Virus record (IMG/VR): IMGVR_UViG_2582580966_000005
DNA length: 18,833 nt
DNA from: a virus
Lineage: Duplodnaviria > Heunggongvirae > Uroviricota > Caudoviricetes
Strand: one strand, 5' to 3'
Below, one piece after another: positions 7,216 through 14,345 of this stretch (positions within the stretch are counted from its first letter, which is position 1; every line of letters starts with the position of its first letter). The translations under genes and the position numbers were made by a program. The notes beneath the pieces are model-generated. The model was given only the letters and a program-made list of their open reading frames with translations, did no database searches and had not been told where the DNA came from.

Positions 7216-8870
7216 CCCCGATCAAATTCATGATATGCCTCATCGTCATCACGATAACCGCCCTCCATTGCCCGCGACCGCTCCGGCAGCGCCTGACAGG
7301 CTGATTCATCCAGGATGAAACCCTCCATGTATGACGCCCGGTTTGCCATACAGAGTGCCACGGCAAAATCACCATGGCGGCGGGCGTTCGCAGCCGTTGC
7401 GTTCTGGTCCTTCGTGCGCCCCTTGTCGATTTGCGGGATACCATTCACCACCTTCACATGGCGCAAATCATCAAGCGTGGTCTGATGGCGGGCGACGAGG
7501 ATATTCTGATCTTCAAACTCGGCTTTCAGTTTTGGCATCCACTCGCCGTACCACTTCGGCGACAACATCACGCAGTCGATGATGTCCGGGCCAAAGGCCA
7601 GCAGTGCGGCCTCTGCCAGATAGCCGCCGTTACCGGTGGCGTCGAACGCCGCACCGACCAGCGCCGGAACGCGGGTCAGGATGTACATCATCACCTGTTC
7701 CTGCTGGGCATACGGCAGGTTGCGCAGCTCCACGCGAAACACCTCGCGCTTTGCCAGGAGTTCGGTGATTTCCAGCAGCACAAAGCAGGACAGGTCACCG
7801 GTGCGGGCAAAGTCTTCCCCGAAGCTGAAGCGGGAACGGGGATTTAATTTCTCTGTAAGCGGTTTTAAATGTTCTTCACACCAGGTTAAAACTTCCGATT
7901 CACGCAGCCATGCGGCACGGCTGATGAAGTCGTCCGGGGCTTCAAACGTCAGAATCGGGATGTCACGAATCATCGCCATTTCAATAAGCGCGTGAGGAAT
8001 ATAGGCACCGCCGGATTTTTTCGGGATACAGCCGTATTCCTCGTCGGCATCCTCACGGGTCGGGGCGTTTTTGTAGAGATCATCACGCCATTTCTGCTCG
8101 CTTTCCGGTGACCATTCCTGATCGGTGACGTAACAGATACGACGGTACAGCCCGTCCGCAATGGCATCATCCAGGGTTATGCGGTGGACGCTGTAATCCT
8201 TGCGCCCCTCGCGGGCTTCCTGAATGTACTGATTAAACAGATTATCGACGCCGTTATGCGTGGAAATAATGCGCACGCGTGCGCCCCACATGGTAAGCGC
8301 CATTGCCGCCTTGAGAAGCTCATCCAGTGACTCGTGGAACGCGGCTTCATCAATCACCACATCCCCCTGAAGACCGCGCAGGTTTGACGGACGGGAAGAC
8401 AATGCCTGAATTTTGAATCCACTGTTCGGAAAGCGGATCATGTAGGTCAGAATTTCTTCTTTTTTATCCCGATCCCAGAATGTCTGCTCATACACATCAG
8501 CATCTGCCAGCTGGTTAAAGGCACGGGAGAACAGCGCGCAGGCAGAAATATATTCCAGCGCCATCTCCTGTTTTGACCCCACATAAAACACATTACGGCC
8601 ACCACGACGCTTAGGCTTTGCGGCGGTAATGACGTTACGCCCGGCTTCCGCCCAGGTAAGCCCGGTGCGTCGGGATTTCTCCGCGATGCAGACCTGACTT
8701 TCATCTGCAAACCAGCGGGCCTGATAATCCAGAAACACCGGCATATCACCGGGCAAATCAAGGCTGTCCGGCACATCCACGCCCAGCAGGGCTTTTTCAC
8801 CGGACAGATCAATTTTGCGGGGAGGTGTCATTTGTATCAGTGAAGGAGACTTTTCTTTGGCTTTGTTCAT
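7206..8870 (-). CDS. Terminase large subunit (Mu gp28-like), 554 aa
   Basis: ATG at 8868..8870, coupled to the upstream ORF. Size, position upstream of the portal, and ATPase/nuclease-type motifs (e.g. VIDEAAFHE) fit a large terminase. Confidence 0.85.
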   Translation of the reverse strand: MNKAKEKSPSLIQMTPPRKIDLSGEKALLGVDVPDSLDLPGDMPVFLDYQARWFADESQVCIAEKSRRTGLTWAEAGRNVITAAKPKRRGGRNVFYVGSKQEMALEYISACALFSRAFNQLADADVYEQTFWDRDKKEEILTYMIRFPNSGFKIQALSSRPSNLRGLQGDVVIDEAAFHESLDELLKAAMALTMWGARVRIISTHNGVDNLFNQYIQEAREGRKDYSVHRITLDDAIADGLYRRICYVTDQEWSPESEQKWRDDLYKNAPTREDADEEYGCIPKKSGGAYIPHALIEMAMIRDIPILTFEAPDDFISRAAWLRESEVLTWCEEHLKPLTEKLNPRSRFSFGEDFARTGDLSCFVLLEITELLAKREVFRVELRNLPYAQQEQVMMYILTRVPALVGAAFDATGNGGYLAEAALLAFGPDIIDCVMLSPKWYGEWMPKLKAEFEDQNILVARHQTTLDDLRHVKVVNGIPQIDKGRTKDQNATAANARRHGDFAVALCMANRASYMEGFILDESACQALPERSRAMEGGYRDDDEAYHEFDRGCW

Positions 8871-9118
8871 CAGGCTTTACCTGTCAGAATGCTTTTGATT
8901 CGGAACTCAAGCTCTTCAGTCATCACGTCCACGCCACTCAACTCATCAGTGACAGCCCCTGCCAGCAGCGAATGCAGTTGTTCCAGGGATATTTCCCCGG
9001 CAATGCTGAGTTCAGTCAACTCACGACACGCTTTTATGGTTTCAGGAGGTAACTGTGTTGCAAGACTGAATGCCTTCTGATGAGCACTGCTCATCAGTGA
9101 GCGGTTATCTGTTACCAC
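8870..9118 (-). CDS. Small protein (82 aa) sharing the C-terminal motif of the upstream gp27-like protein
   Basis: GTG start at 9116..9118 (checked by hand) with a strong AGGAGGTG Shine-Dalgarno overlapping the gp27-like stop; its stop overlaps the large terminase ATG. C-terminus AVTDELSGVDVMTEELEFRIKSILTGKA parallels AVTDELRGVDGMSEQIEFRIRQMLLGKA. Confidence 0.5.
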   Translation of the reverse strand: MVTDNRSLMSSAHQKAFSLATQLPPETIKACRELTELSIAGEISLEQLHSLLAGAVTDELSGVDVMTEELEFRIKSILTGKA

Positions 9119-9128
9119 GATTCACCTC

Positions 9129-9710
9129 CTACGCCTTACCAAGCAGCATCTGCCTGATACGGAATTCTATCTGCTCGCTCATGCCATCCACGCCGCGCAA
9201 CTCGTCGGTGACGGCGTTCGCCATCTCTTCAGCAAATGCGGCCCGGATTTCTTTTTCACGCTTAATGCTGCGCTCGGCGGCACTTTCCGCACGCTGTGCC
9301 GACAGGAGGATGTCCTTAATAAGGCGCATATCCACATCGCTGTCGCTGTTCAGGGATTCGGTGGCGGCACGCAGACGGCGGTACATCAGGGCACGGGACA
9401 TCTCCAGAATCAGTGCCGTGGTTTCACCGGTCGGCTTATCCCCCAGTTCGGCCATCATGGCTTTTGTCTGCTCGCGTAAATCACGCAGATTACGGGCAAT
9501 CAGCTCATTACGGGAGGCTTCCCGGCTGATGGCCGCCGGTGAAAGCTGCTGCTCTTCCGGCAGGCCTGCCTCACGGATCAGACGGTTGATTTCCTCGCGG
9601 ATCTGGACCTGCGTCAGGCGTTTTTCACGCAGCATTTCCAGCAGCGGCTTACGGATGCTGTCGGGGAGCAAATCCACCTTGCGTACACGGCCACGCGTCG
9701 GCTTATCCAT
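9129..9710 (-). CDS. Mu gp27-like DNA-binding protein (DUF3486 family; putative small terminase-like subunit), 193 aa
   Basis: ATG start with AAGGGGG Shine-Dalgarno. Basic N-terminus (RGRVRKVDLLPDSIRKPLLEMLREKRLTQVQIREEINRL); located two genes upstream of the large terminase. Confidence 0.6.
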   Translation of the reverse strand: MDKPTRGRVRKVDLLPDSIRKPLLEMLREKRLTQVQIREEINRLIREAGLPEEQQLSPAAISREASRNELIARNLRDLREQTKAMMAELGDKPTGETTALILEMSRALMYRRLRAATESLNSDSDVDMRLIKDILLSAQRAESAAERSIKREKEIRAAFAEEMANAVTDELRGVDGMSEQIEFRIRQMLLGKA

Positions 9711-9712
9711 CG

Positions 9713-10003
9713 TTACCCCCTTGCGCGTGGTTTCTTCACACCCGGAACAGTGGCACGACCTTCCGCCACATCCTGACCCCGGCCGGTCAGTTCAGCGATG
9801 AAATAACCGTTAACAAGCGTGCGCTTACGCACCAGTCCCTGCTCAGCAAGCCAGGCAATGTGGGTGTGAACGGTGTCGCGGGACACGCGGTGGCCGTAAT
9901 CATCCAGGCAGTCCTGAAGCACGGATTCGCCCAGTTCGCCGTTGTAATCCGCCAGCGACCGCAGAATGACAAGACGCTGATCTTCAGTAATGAAATCACT
10001 CAT
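9713..10003 (-). CDS. Hypothetical protein (96 aa), Mu gp26 position; possible winged-helix fold
   Basis: ATG start with AAGGA Shine-Dalgarno; overlaps the upstream gene by 8 nt. Confidence 0.5.
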   Translation of the reverse strand: MSDFITEDQRLVILRSLADYNGELGESVLQDCLDDYGHRVSRDTVHTHIAWLAEQGLVRKRTLVNGYFIAELTGRGQDVAEGRATVPGVKKPRARG

Positions 10004-10307
10004 TGTGTTTTTTCCTTACAGCCTGCTCCAGCAGCAGTTCGTTCTGATGAGAGACGGATTTCAGGGTGGCGTTGGTGGCCTTTAGCTCACCGCGCAGGGT
10101 GGTGATTTCGATATTGAGTCTGTTCACCTCCTGCTGCGTGGGCAGGCCGGAAATCCGGCTCTCCACCCGCTCAACCCGATCGGAGAGTTTTTCAAAGGCC
10201 TCGCGGGGGACGAAGGTTTTGCGCATCAGCGCCATGAAGATCCCCCCGGCCGTGGCCGTTGCCGACAGGATCGGCACAACATAATCTTTAACGATGCTGA
10301 CCCACAT
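9996..10307 (-). CDS. Small membrane protein with N-terminal TM helix and coiled-coil C-terminus (103 aa); Mu gp25/DUF2730-like, possible releasin
   Basis: ATG start with GGAGG Shine-Dalgarno. TM segment VVPILSATATAGGIFMALM. Sits after the spanins as in the Mu lysis cassette. The releasin assignment is inferred from position and architecture. Confidence 0.45.
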   Translation of the reverse strand: MWVSIVKDYVVPILSATATAGGIFMALMRKTFVPREAFEKLSDRVERVESRISGLPTQQEVNRLNIEITTLRGELKATNATLKSVSHQNELLLEQAVRKKHNE

Positions 10308-10515
10308 GACCGGCCTCCATGATGTTCTGGCAGTTCACACAACGGATGGCATCCGGCACGGCAACCAGACGGGCAGCCGGAATGTCACCCCCGCAGTCCG
10401 CGCATACACGCCTGCCCGGTGTCTCCGCCACCCGGCGCTTACGTGTCAGCCGGTCACAAAGGGCGCGTTCTGTTGCCCGCTCCATGACAGCCTGAGCACA
10501 ATCTGAATCATCCAT
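10288..10515 (-). CDS. TraR/DksA-family C4 zinc-finger protein (75 aa)
   Basis: ATG at 10513..10515 with AAGGAAAAAGG Shine-Dalgarno, 10 nt after the o-spanin stop; the track start at 10581 has a poorly placed Shine-Dalgarno. Two CxxC pairs (CADCGG ... CVNCQ) at the spacing typical of TraR/DksA. Confidence 0.7.
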   Translation of the reverse strand: MDDSDCAQAVMERATERALCDRLTRKRRVAETPGRRVCADCGGDIPAARLVAVPDAIRCVNCQNIMEAGHVGQHR

Positions 10516-10525
10516 ACCTTTTTCC

Positions 10526-10897
10526 TTACTTCGTCTTTCCTGCCGGAACAGCAGGCGTTCCGGCCATATCAGTAAATTCATGTTGTCGCCGCGCCTCCAG
10601 ACGACGAATACTGGCCTTGTCCACGTTGCAGTTCTTGATCACCGCCAGCAGTTGCAGGTTGTAAGTGACCGATGCCCCAAACGTGAACGGCTCCGGCGCA
10701 GGAGGGACCAGGCAGTCAGCCAGCCATTCAGCGGGGATCGGAACCGGCTGCACAGGCACGTATTTCACAGACGGCCCGGCGCACCCGCTCAGCCACATCA
10801 TCAGGCACAGGAACAGAGGCCGCAGGCACTGTTGCCAGCGACCGGCGGACAACGCTCTGCTGCTCCTCGCTGTGCTGAATGTTCTGTTGCTTTTCAT
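10526..10897 (-). CDS. Putative o-spanin (outer-membrane lipoprotein, Rz1-like), overlapping the i-spanin; start uncertain
   Basis: Lipobox-like LSGC with an upstream hydrophobic stretch (RPLFLCLMMWLSGCAGP), followed by a proline-rich mature region. ATG at 10895..10897 is the most upstream ATG before the lipobox, giving an unusually long signal region. Confidence 0.5.
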   Translation of the reverse strand: MKSNRTFSTARSSRALSAGRWQQCLRPLFLCLMMWLSGCAGPSVKYVPVQPVPIPAEWLADCLVPPAPEPFTFGASVTYNLQLLAVIKNCNVDKASIRRLEARRQHEFTDMAGTPAVPAGKTK

Positions 10898-11249
10898 TCG
10901 TGGCCGCCTTGCTGATTTGTGAAATGAGTTGCAGGGTGCGTTGCTGGTTTGCCAGCACCAGACGGGCTTCGTCCCGTTCACGCACAAGCACATGATTATT
11001 GTCCTCAAGGCGCTGCGTCTTCTGGTGCATTCCCCATACCACGGCAGCCAGCACGCTCATCCCCCCCAGCGCCGCCATACAGCCTCCGGCAATCAGGGCC
11101 GGTAAGGGATTGTTCACCGCAGCCACAGCACACCCCGCAGCAGCACAACGGCACACAGCAGCGCAATCATGAGCGGTCGCCAGAAGCGGTTCAGACTTTC
11201 GGCAAATCGTAACGACATAACCATTCATCCGCCGAACGGCGGGCCTCAA
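10728..11249 (-). CDS. Putative i-spanin (inner-membrane spanin, Rz-like); start uncertain
   Basis: Track start at 11249 is a TTG; an in-frame ATG lies at 11226..11228. Predicted TM segment LPALIAGGCMAALGGMSVLAAVVWGM, then a coiled-coil-like QKTQRLEDNNHVLVRERDEARLVLANQQRTLQLISQ. Overlaps the endolysin 3-prime end and contains the o-spanin in another frame. Confidence 0.5.
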   Translation of the reverse strand: MRPAVRRMNGYVVTICRKSEPLLATAHDCAAVCRCAAAGCAVAAVNNPLPALIAGGCMAALGGMSVLAAVVWGMHQKTQRLEDNNHVLVRERDEARLVLANQQRTLQLISQISKAATNEKQQNIQHSEEQQSVVRRSLATVPAASVPVPDDVAERVRRAVCEIRACAAGSDPR

Positions 11250-11691
11250 GACCGGGGAGTTTTACCCCCTTTGAATAAATCCAGCGGATATACTGCTTAC
11301 AGGACGCGGGCATCTGCCCGGCATTGATAAGGCGCAGGAGCGTGGAGTTGCGAAAGTTCGTTTCACCGGCCCAGAAAATCCAGGAGGCCAGCGCCACCGT
11401 CTGACCACGGGTAAGCGGCACCTGAACATGACGATCGATAGCCGCAAAGGCCCATTTCATGTCCTTTTCCAGCAGCTCCAGACACTCTTCATCAGTTTTT
11501 GTCATCCCCGGTTTCACATCCGGGCCGGTATGGCCGTAACAGATGGTGGGGGTGCCGGTGGGATCAATGTACGTGGTGTTTTCTTTCCCTTCCCAGTAGC
11601 CGGTGTAGTGCGTGGCAATAGTGAACGTCCCGGCTCCGGCCAGAACAAGGGCAATCAGCTTTTTACGCAGTGGCGCGGGGAGTTTTGGCAT
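11191..11691 (-). CDS. lys: SAR endolysin (glycoside hydrolase family 24 phage lysozyme with N-terminal signal-anchor-release domain), 166 aa
   Basis: ATG start. N-terminal weakly hydrophobic Gly/Ala-rich segment LIALVLAGAGTFTIATHY, followed by the catalytic spacing E-x8-D-x5-T in WEGKENTTYIDPTGTPT. Confidence 0.8.
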   Translation of the reverse strand: MPKLPAPLRKKLIALVLAGAGTFTIATHYTGYWEGKENTTYIDPTGTPTICYGHTGPDVKPGMTKTDEECLELLEKDMKWAFAAIDRHVQVPLTRGQTVALASWIFWAGETNFRNSTLLRLINAGQMPASCKQYIRWIYSKGVKLPGLEARRSADEWLCRYDLPKV

Positions 11692-11762
11692 TGTTACGCT
11701 GTCTCATGGTGTTCTCTGAGCCAGCGTAACCGTGGAAAAAAGGGGGCAGGATTTGCGGAATA
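11692..11762 (-). promoter_or_regulatory. Candidate activator-dependent late promoter region upstream of the endolysin gene
   Basis: 71-bp non-coding gap between the activator gene and the first lysis gene; in Mu the lys promoter sits in the equivalent place. No clear sigma-70 -35/-10 was identified. Confidence 0.3.
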
Positions 11763-12185
11763 TCAGAAAAGCCGGGGCTGCGTGCGCTCCTGATGCAGGC
11801 GACGCTGGTTGCGGATAACGGAGTAAATCTGCGTCTCTGACATCTGGTAATGGCGGCGCAGGGGTTCAATTTTTTCACCCTGGCTCCAGCGGGAAAAAAT
11901 CTCATTATTGCGCAGTTCGGTGAAAAGGGATTCACCGACCGGGAGATAATAACCACGCCCGCCCATGTACCCGGCCTGTGCGGCCGCAACCTTACGGGCA
12001 AGCATTCCCGCCTGAGCAGATTCAATCCCCTGACGGTGCAGTTCAGCACTGATCACATCAACCAGGTCACGCAGCGTGCCGGGCCAGTTCTTTTTCAGCT
12101 CATCATCAGGAATATCATCCAGACGGTCAATCAGCGCGTGCAGCTGTTCGCTGTCACCAAACATGCTCATCTGTGTTTCAGCCAT
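11763..12185 (-). CDS. mor: Mor/C-family transcriptional activator (140 aa)
   Basis: ATG start with GGAGG Shine-Dalgarno. Motifs typical of the Mor/C family as I recall them: N-terminal MFGDSEQLHALIDRL, GRGYYLP, and a C-terminal HTH-like QMSETQIYSVIRNQRRL. It is the only Mor/C-type gene in the window, so it could equally be the C-type late activator. Confidence 0.75.
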   Translation of the reverse strand: MAETQMSMFGDSEQLHALIDRLDDIPDDELKKNWPGTLRDLVDVISAELHRQGIESAQAGMLARKVAAAQAGYMGGRGYYLPVGESLFTELRNNEIFSRWSQGEKIEPLRRHYQMSETQIYSVIRNQRRLHQERTQPRLF

Positions 12186-12216
12186 CCCCGCCTCCGGTCA
12201 CCATTACACAGGGCAA

Positions 12217-12252
12217 GTTTAAAATAAAAATCCCGCGCTGTGGCGGGATTTG
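12217..12252 (-). terminator. Rho-independent terminator for minus-strand transcripts, between gemA and the Mor/C-like gene
   Basis: Read on the minus strand: AAATCCCGC-cacagc-GCGGGATTT (9-bp stem, 6-nt loop) followed by TTATTTTAAA. Plus-strand arms are 12228..12236 and 12243..12251. Confidence 0.6.
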
Positions 12253-12255
12253 GGG

Positions 12256-12765
12256 TTAAAAAGGGGAGGATTCTTCATACAGCCTGCAAACGCGCTCATA
12301 ACTCATCACTGTACGCACTGACATCCCCAGCACATCCAGCATCTTGCGACGGTGCCAGCGTTTGAGACACTCCAGCACATCCGAGGCCAGTGCGGGGTGT
12401 TGCTCCAGCCACTGCCAGTTAGCCACACCTTCGCCACCGTTCTGCGCGGCCGTCTGCGACTTCACCCAGCGGTTAAGGGCCGTTTCCCCGCCATCAGCGA
12501 TAAAGCCCTGCCGGTGCATTACCTTCCAGATGGCGCGAATTTTGGCGGTCACCGTACCCGGTTTTAAGGCCCGGTTAACCGGTTTCTGACGCACTTTAAA
12601 ACCGCGTTTTTTGAAAACATCCAGCACGCGGGATAACTCATCCGGTGACATATCCCGGCAACTGGATTTGCCGGTGGCTGCCAGCAGAACGAATGTATAG
12701 GTTTCATCATCCAGGGCAAGCTCGCGCTTTGCCACATGAATGGCGGATATCAGTTTCCCTCTCAT
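12256..12765 (-). CDS. gemA: GemA-like regulatory protein (Mu gp16 / DUF1018 family), 169 aa
   Basis: ATG start. N-terminal LISAIHVAKRELALDDETYTFVLLAATGKSSCRDMSPDELSRVLDVFKKRGF matches my recollection of the GemA family; sits immediately upstream of the Mor/C-like gene as in Mu. Confidence 0.75.
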   Translation of the reverse strand: MRGKLISAIHVAKRELALDDETYTFVLLAATGKSSCRDMSPDELSRVLDVFKKRGFKVRQKPVNRALKPGTVTAKIRAIWKVMHRQGFIADGGETALNRWVKSQTAAQNGGEGVANWQWLEQHPALASDVLECLKRWHRRKMLDVLGMSVRTVMSYERVCRLYEESSPF

Positions 12766-13058
12766 GCTGTATCAACACTCCTGCTGATATGATAGATATT
12801 ATTTTCCCGATCGAGCTGAACCCGATACTCCGGAGGAATCACAAAAATATTAAAACCATCAACAGTTTTTATTCTTGAGTAGTATTCCCCCTTATGATAT
12901 CTGGCAAGTGCATTAATCAGAGAAGCCGCCGCCAGCCCAATCAGGTATTTTTTATGAAAAATACTGATAACTTTCCGGCACAGCCATCGTGTAATGACGA
13001 ATGCACCGAAAAACGATGTGATATATAAACACCAGAACAACTGCGAACTACTGTCCAT
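12762..13058 (-). CDS. Small membrane protein (98 aa, one N-terminal TM helix)
   Basis: ATG start with AAGGAG Shine-Dalgarno; stop overlaps the gemA start (ATGA). TM segment LFWCLYITSFFGAFVITRWLC. Very AT-rich (about 27% G+C on one sampled line). Confidence 0.5.
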   Translation of the reverse strand: MDSSSQLFWCLYITSFFGAFVITRWLCRKVISIFHKKYLIGLAAASLINALARYHKGEYYSRIKTVDGFNIFVIPPEYRVQLDRENNIYHISRSVDTA

Positions 13059-13245
13059 TATCTTTCTCCTTATTCAGTCTTCTGCGGCATTCGGCACAGT
13101 CATCAGGGCTTTCAAATGTATCCGGCTCGCGATTATGAGCCAGATATAACCACCGCCCACATATACTGATATTTTCACCTGTTTTAAAAAAATGATGCTT
13201 CTTAGCCATCAATGGCCGCGCCCATCCAGCGGGTAGACTATTCAT
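13048..13245 (-). CDS. Small Cys/His-containing protein (65 aa), possible zinc-binding
   Basis: ATG start with GGAGGA Shine-Dalgarno; overlaps both neighbours. Cys and His residues spaced as ...HHFF...C...H...CAEC...; zinc binding is a guess. Confidence 0.45.
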   Translation of the reverse strand: MNSLPAGWARPLMAKKHHFFKTGENISICGRWLYLAHNREPDTFESPDDCAECRRRLNKEKDNGQ

Positions 13246-13612
13246 TAGCTTTATCCTCCATGCTGGACAGAATCATATGTATTAATGTCGGGCGTGGAGA
13301 TATACGCATTTCATTAAGCGTCTGAAGGGCAGCAACAGCAGCCATTTTATCGGTGCCTCTGGCAATTTCTGCAAGAGAATGCACAATCCATAACGGACTT
13401 AACGCTACGGCTGAATCCAGAATCATGTCATCCATAATAATTTCTGGCACATCCCGTTTGTCACATTCTTTATCCATAAAAGAAACGATTTTTTCCGCAT
13501 CTTCCGGTTTCATACCTCCGGCGATAAGAATTTTACGATATTCATAAGACGTTCTTAATTCAATGCTCATATTCATCTCCTGTAACTCTGACAAGGACGT
13601 GATTTTTCTCAT
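13238..13612 (-). CDS. Hypothetical soluble protein (124 aa) in the AT-rich island
   Basis: ATG start with GGGAGG Shine-Dalgarno, coupled to the upstream gene. Manual counts on lines within this gene give about 37-42% G+C. Confidence 0.5.
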   Translation of the reverse strand: MRKITSLSELQEMNMSIELRTSYEYRKILIAGGMKPEDAEKIVSFMDKECDKRDVPEIIMDDMILDSAVALSPLWIVHSLAEIARGTDKMAAVAALQTLNEMRISPRPTLIHMILSSMEDKANE

Positions 13613-13794
13613 TTACGCCTCCCGGAAATACGAATGTATATACCGATGAGAAAATCCATAATAAACAGGAAGAGCGACATCCTGATAAAGAACCAAATGT
13701 CAGGCATAATGGACAGGTTTCCTGTAATCGCAAATATAAAACCAGTCCCCCACACTGGAACGATAATTGCGAAAAATACAAGTCTCTTTATCAT
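13609..13794 (-). CDS. Small hydrophobic membrane protein (61 aa, two predicted TM helices)
   Basis: ATG start with GGGAG Shine-Dalgarno; ATGA overlap at both ends. Hydrophobic stretches LVFFAIIVPVWGTGFIFAITG and IWFFIRMSLFLFIMDFLIGIYI. AT-rich. Confidence 0.45.
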   Translation of the reverse strand: MIKRLVFFAIIVPVWGTGFIFAITGNLSIMPDIWFFIRMSLFLFIMDFLIGIYIRISGRRK

Positions 13795-14342
13795 GGCGTT
13801 AACTCCCGTAATACAGCGTCCTCGGCGGTCCGTCGACGGTAATAAACAGCGTGAGCAGAATGTTCAGATATGCCAAACTTTTCGCCAATTTCCCGGAATG
13901 ACAGACGGCGAGGGTAATCGGAATCCCGTAGTGCACGTATAAGACGAACATCCTCATCAGATATACGTGTGCCGGGGCGTAACTCACCGCACTTTGTTAA
14001 TCCGGCACCAATCATTCCTGCGCGGCACCTGACAGAGTCTTTATTACGTCCGAGATAATCCCCCATTTGCTGGCAGGTCATTGTCCGGGCATTTTTTCGG
14101 ATAAATTTATCTTCATCAGGTGTAAATCGCGGTCGTTTATATTTCAGCAACTCCGGGTATGTACTGCGCAATACGCCAGTCCGGTTATATACGGCCCAGA
14201 CACTTCTTTTTATTCTGGCGGCAATATCCTTAACCGGGGTGGAGGAATAAAGCGCAATCAGCAGCGCATCTTCTTCAGGTGTCCACGGGCGGACATGAGC
14301 AGGTGCACGACCTTTTCGCCCCATGGGTTGTAATTTCATCAT
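13791..14342 (-). CDS. Putative DNA-binding protein with Myb/SANT-like repeats and a C-terminal HTH (183 aa)
   Basis: ATG start with AGGGGGTGA Shine-Dalgarno. Repeats WTPEEDALLIALYSSTPVKDIAARIKRSVWAVYNRTG and FTPDEDKFIRKNARTMTCQQMGDYLGRNKDSVRCRAG resemble Myb/SANT helices; the C-terminal LSFREIGEKFGISEHSAHAVYY looks like an HTH. G+C is lower than the backbone. Confidence 0.55.
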   Translation of the reverse strand: MMKLQPMGRKGRAPAHVRPWTPEEDALLIALYSSTPVKDIAARIKRSVWAVYNRTGVLRSTYPELLKYKRPRFTPDEDKFIRKNARTMTCQQMGDYLGRNKDSVRCRAGMIGAGLTKCGELRPGTRISDEDVRLIRALRDSDYPRRLSFREIGEKFGISEHSAHAVYYRRRTAEDAVLRELTP

Positions 14343-14345
14343 GCA

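Noticed and set aside
7374-7847. 157-aa plus-strand ORF (and the other plus-strand ORFs inside the terminase and portal genes)
   Set aside because: Antisense to the large terminase, whose frame is strongly supported; treated as spurious.
8447-8812. 121-aa minus-strand ORF in an alternative frame inside the large terminase gene
   Set aside because: Cys/Trp/Arg-rich translation typical of an out-of-frame read; the terminase frame is the coding one.
9070-9801. 243-aa plus-strand ORF, Ser/Arg-rich
   Set aside because: Entirely antisense to the well-supported gp27-like and neighbouring minus-strand genes; low-complexity composition typical of a shadow ORF on a GC-rich coding strand; no start context examined that would rescue it.
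11763-12185. Assigning this gene specifically as Mor rather than the C-type late activator
   Set aside because: Mor and C are homologous and only one such gene is present, so I cannot tell which role it plays from sequence alone; it is annotated at family level.
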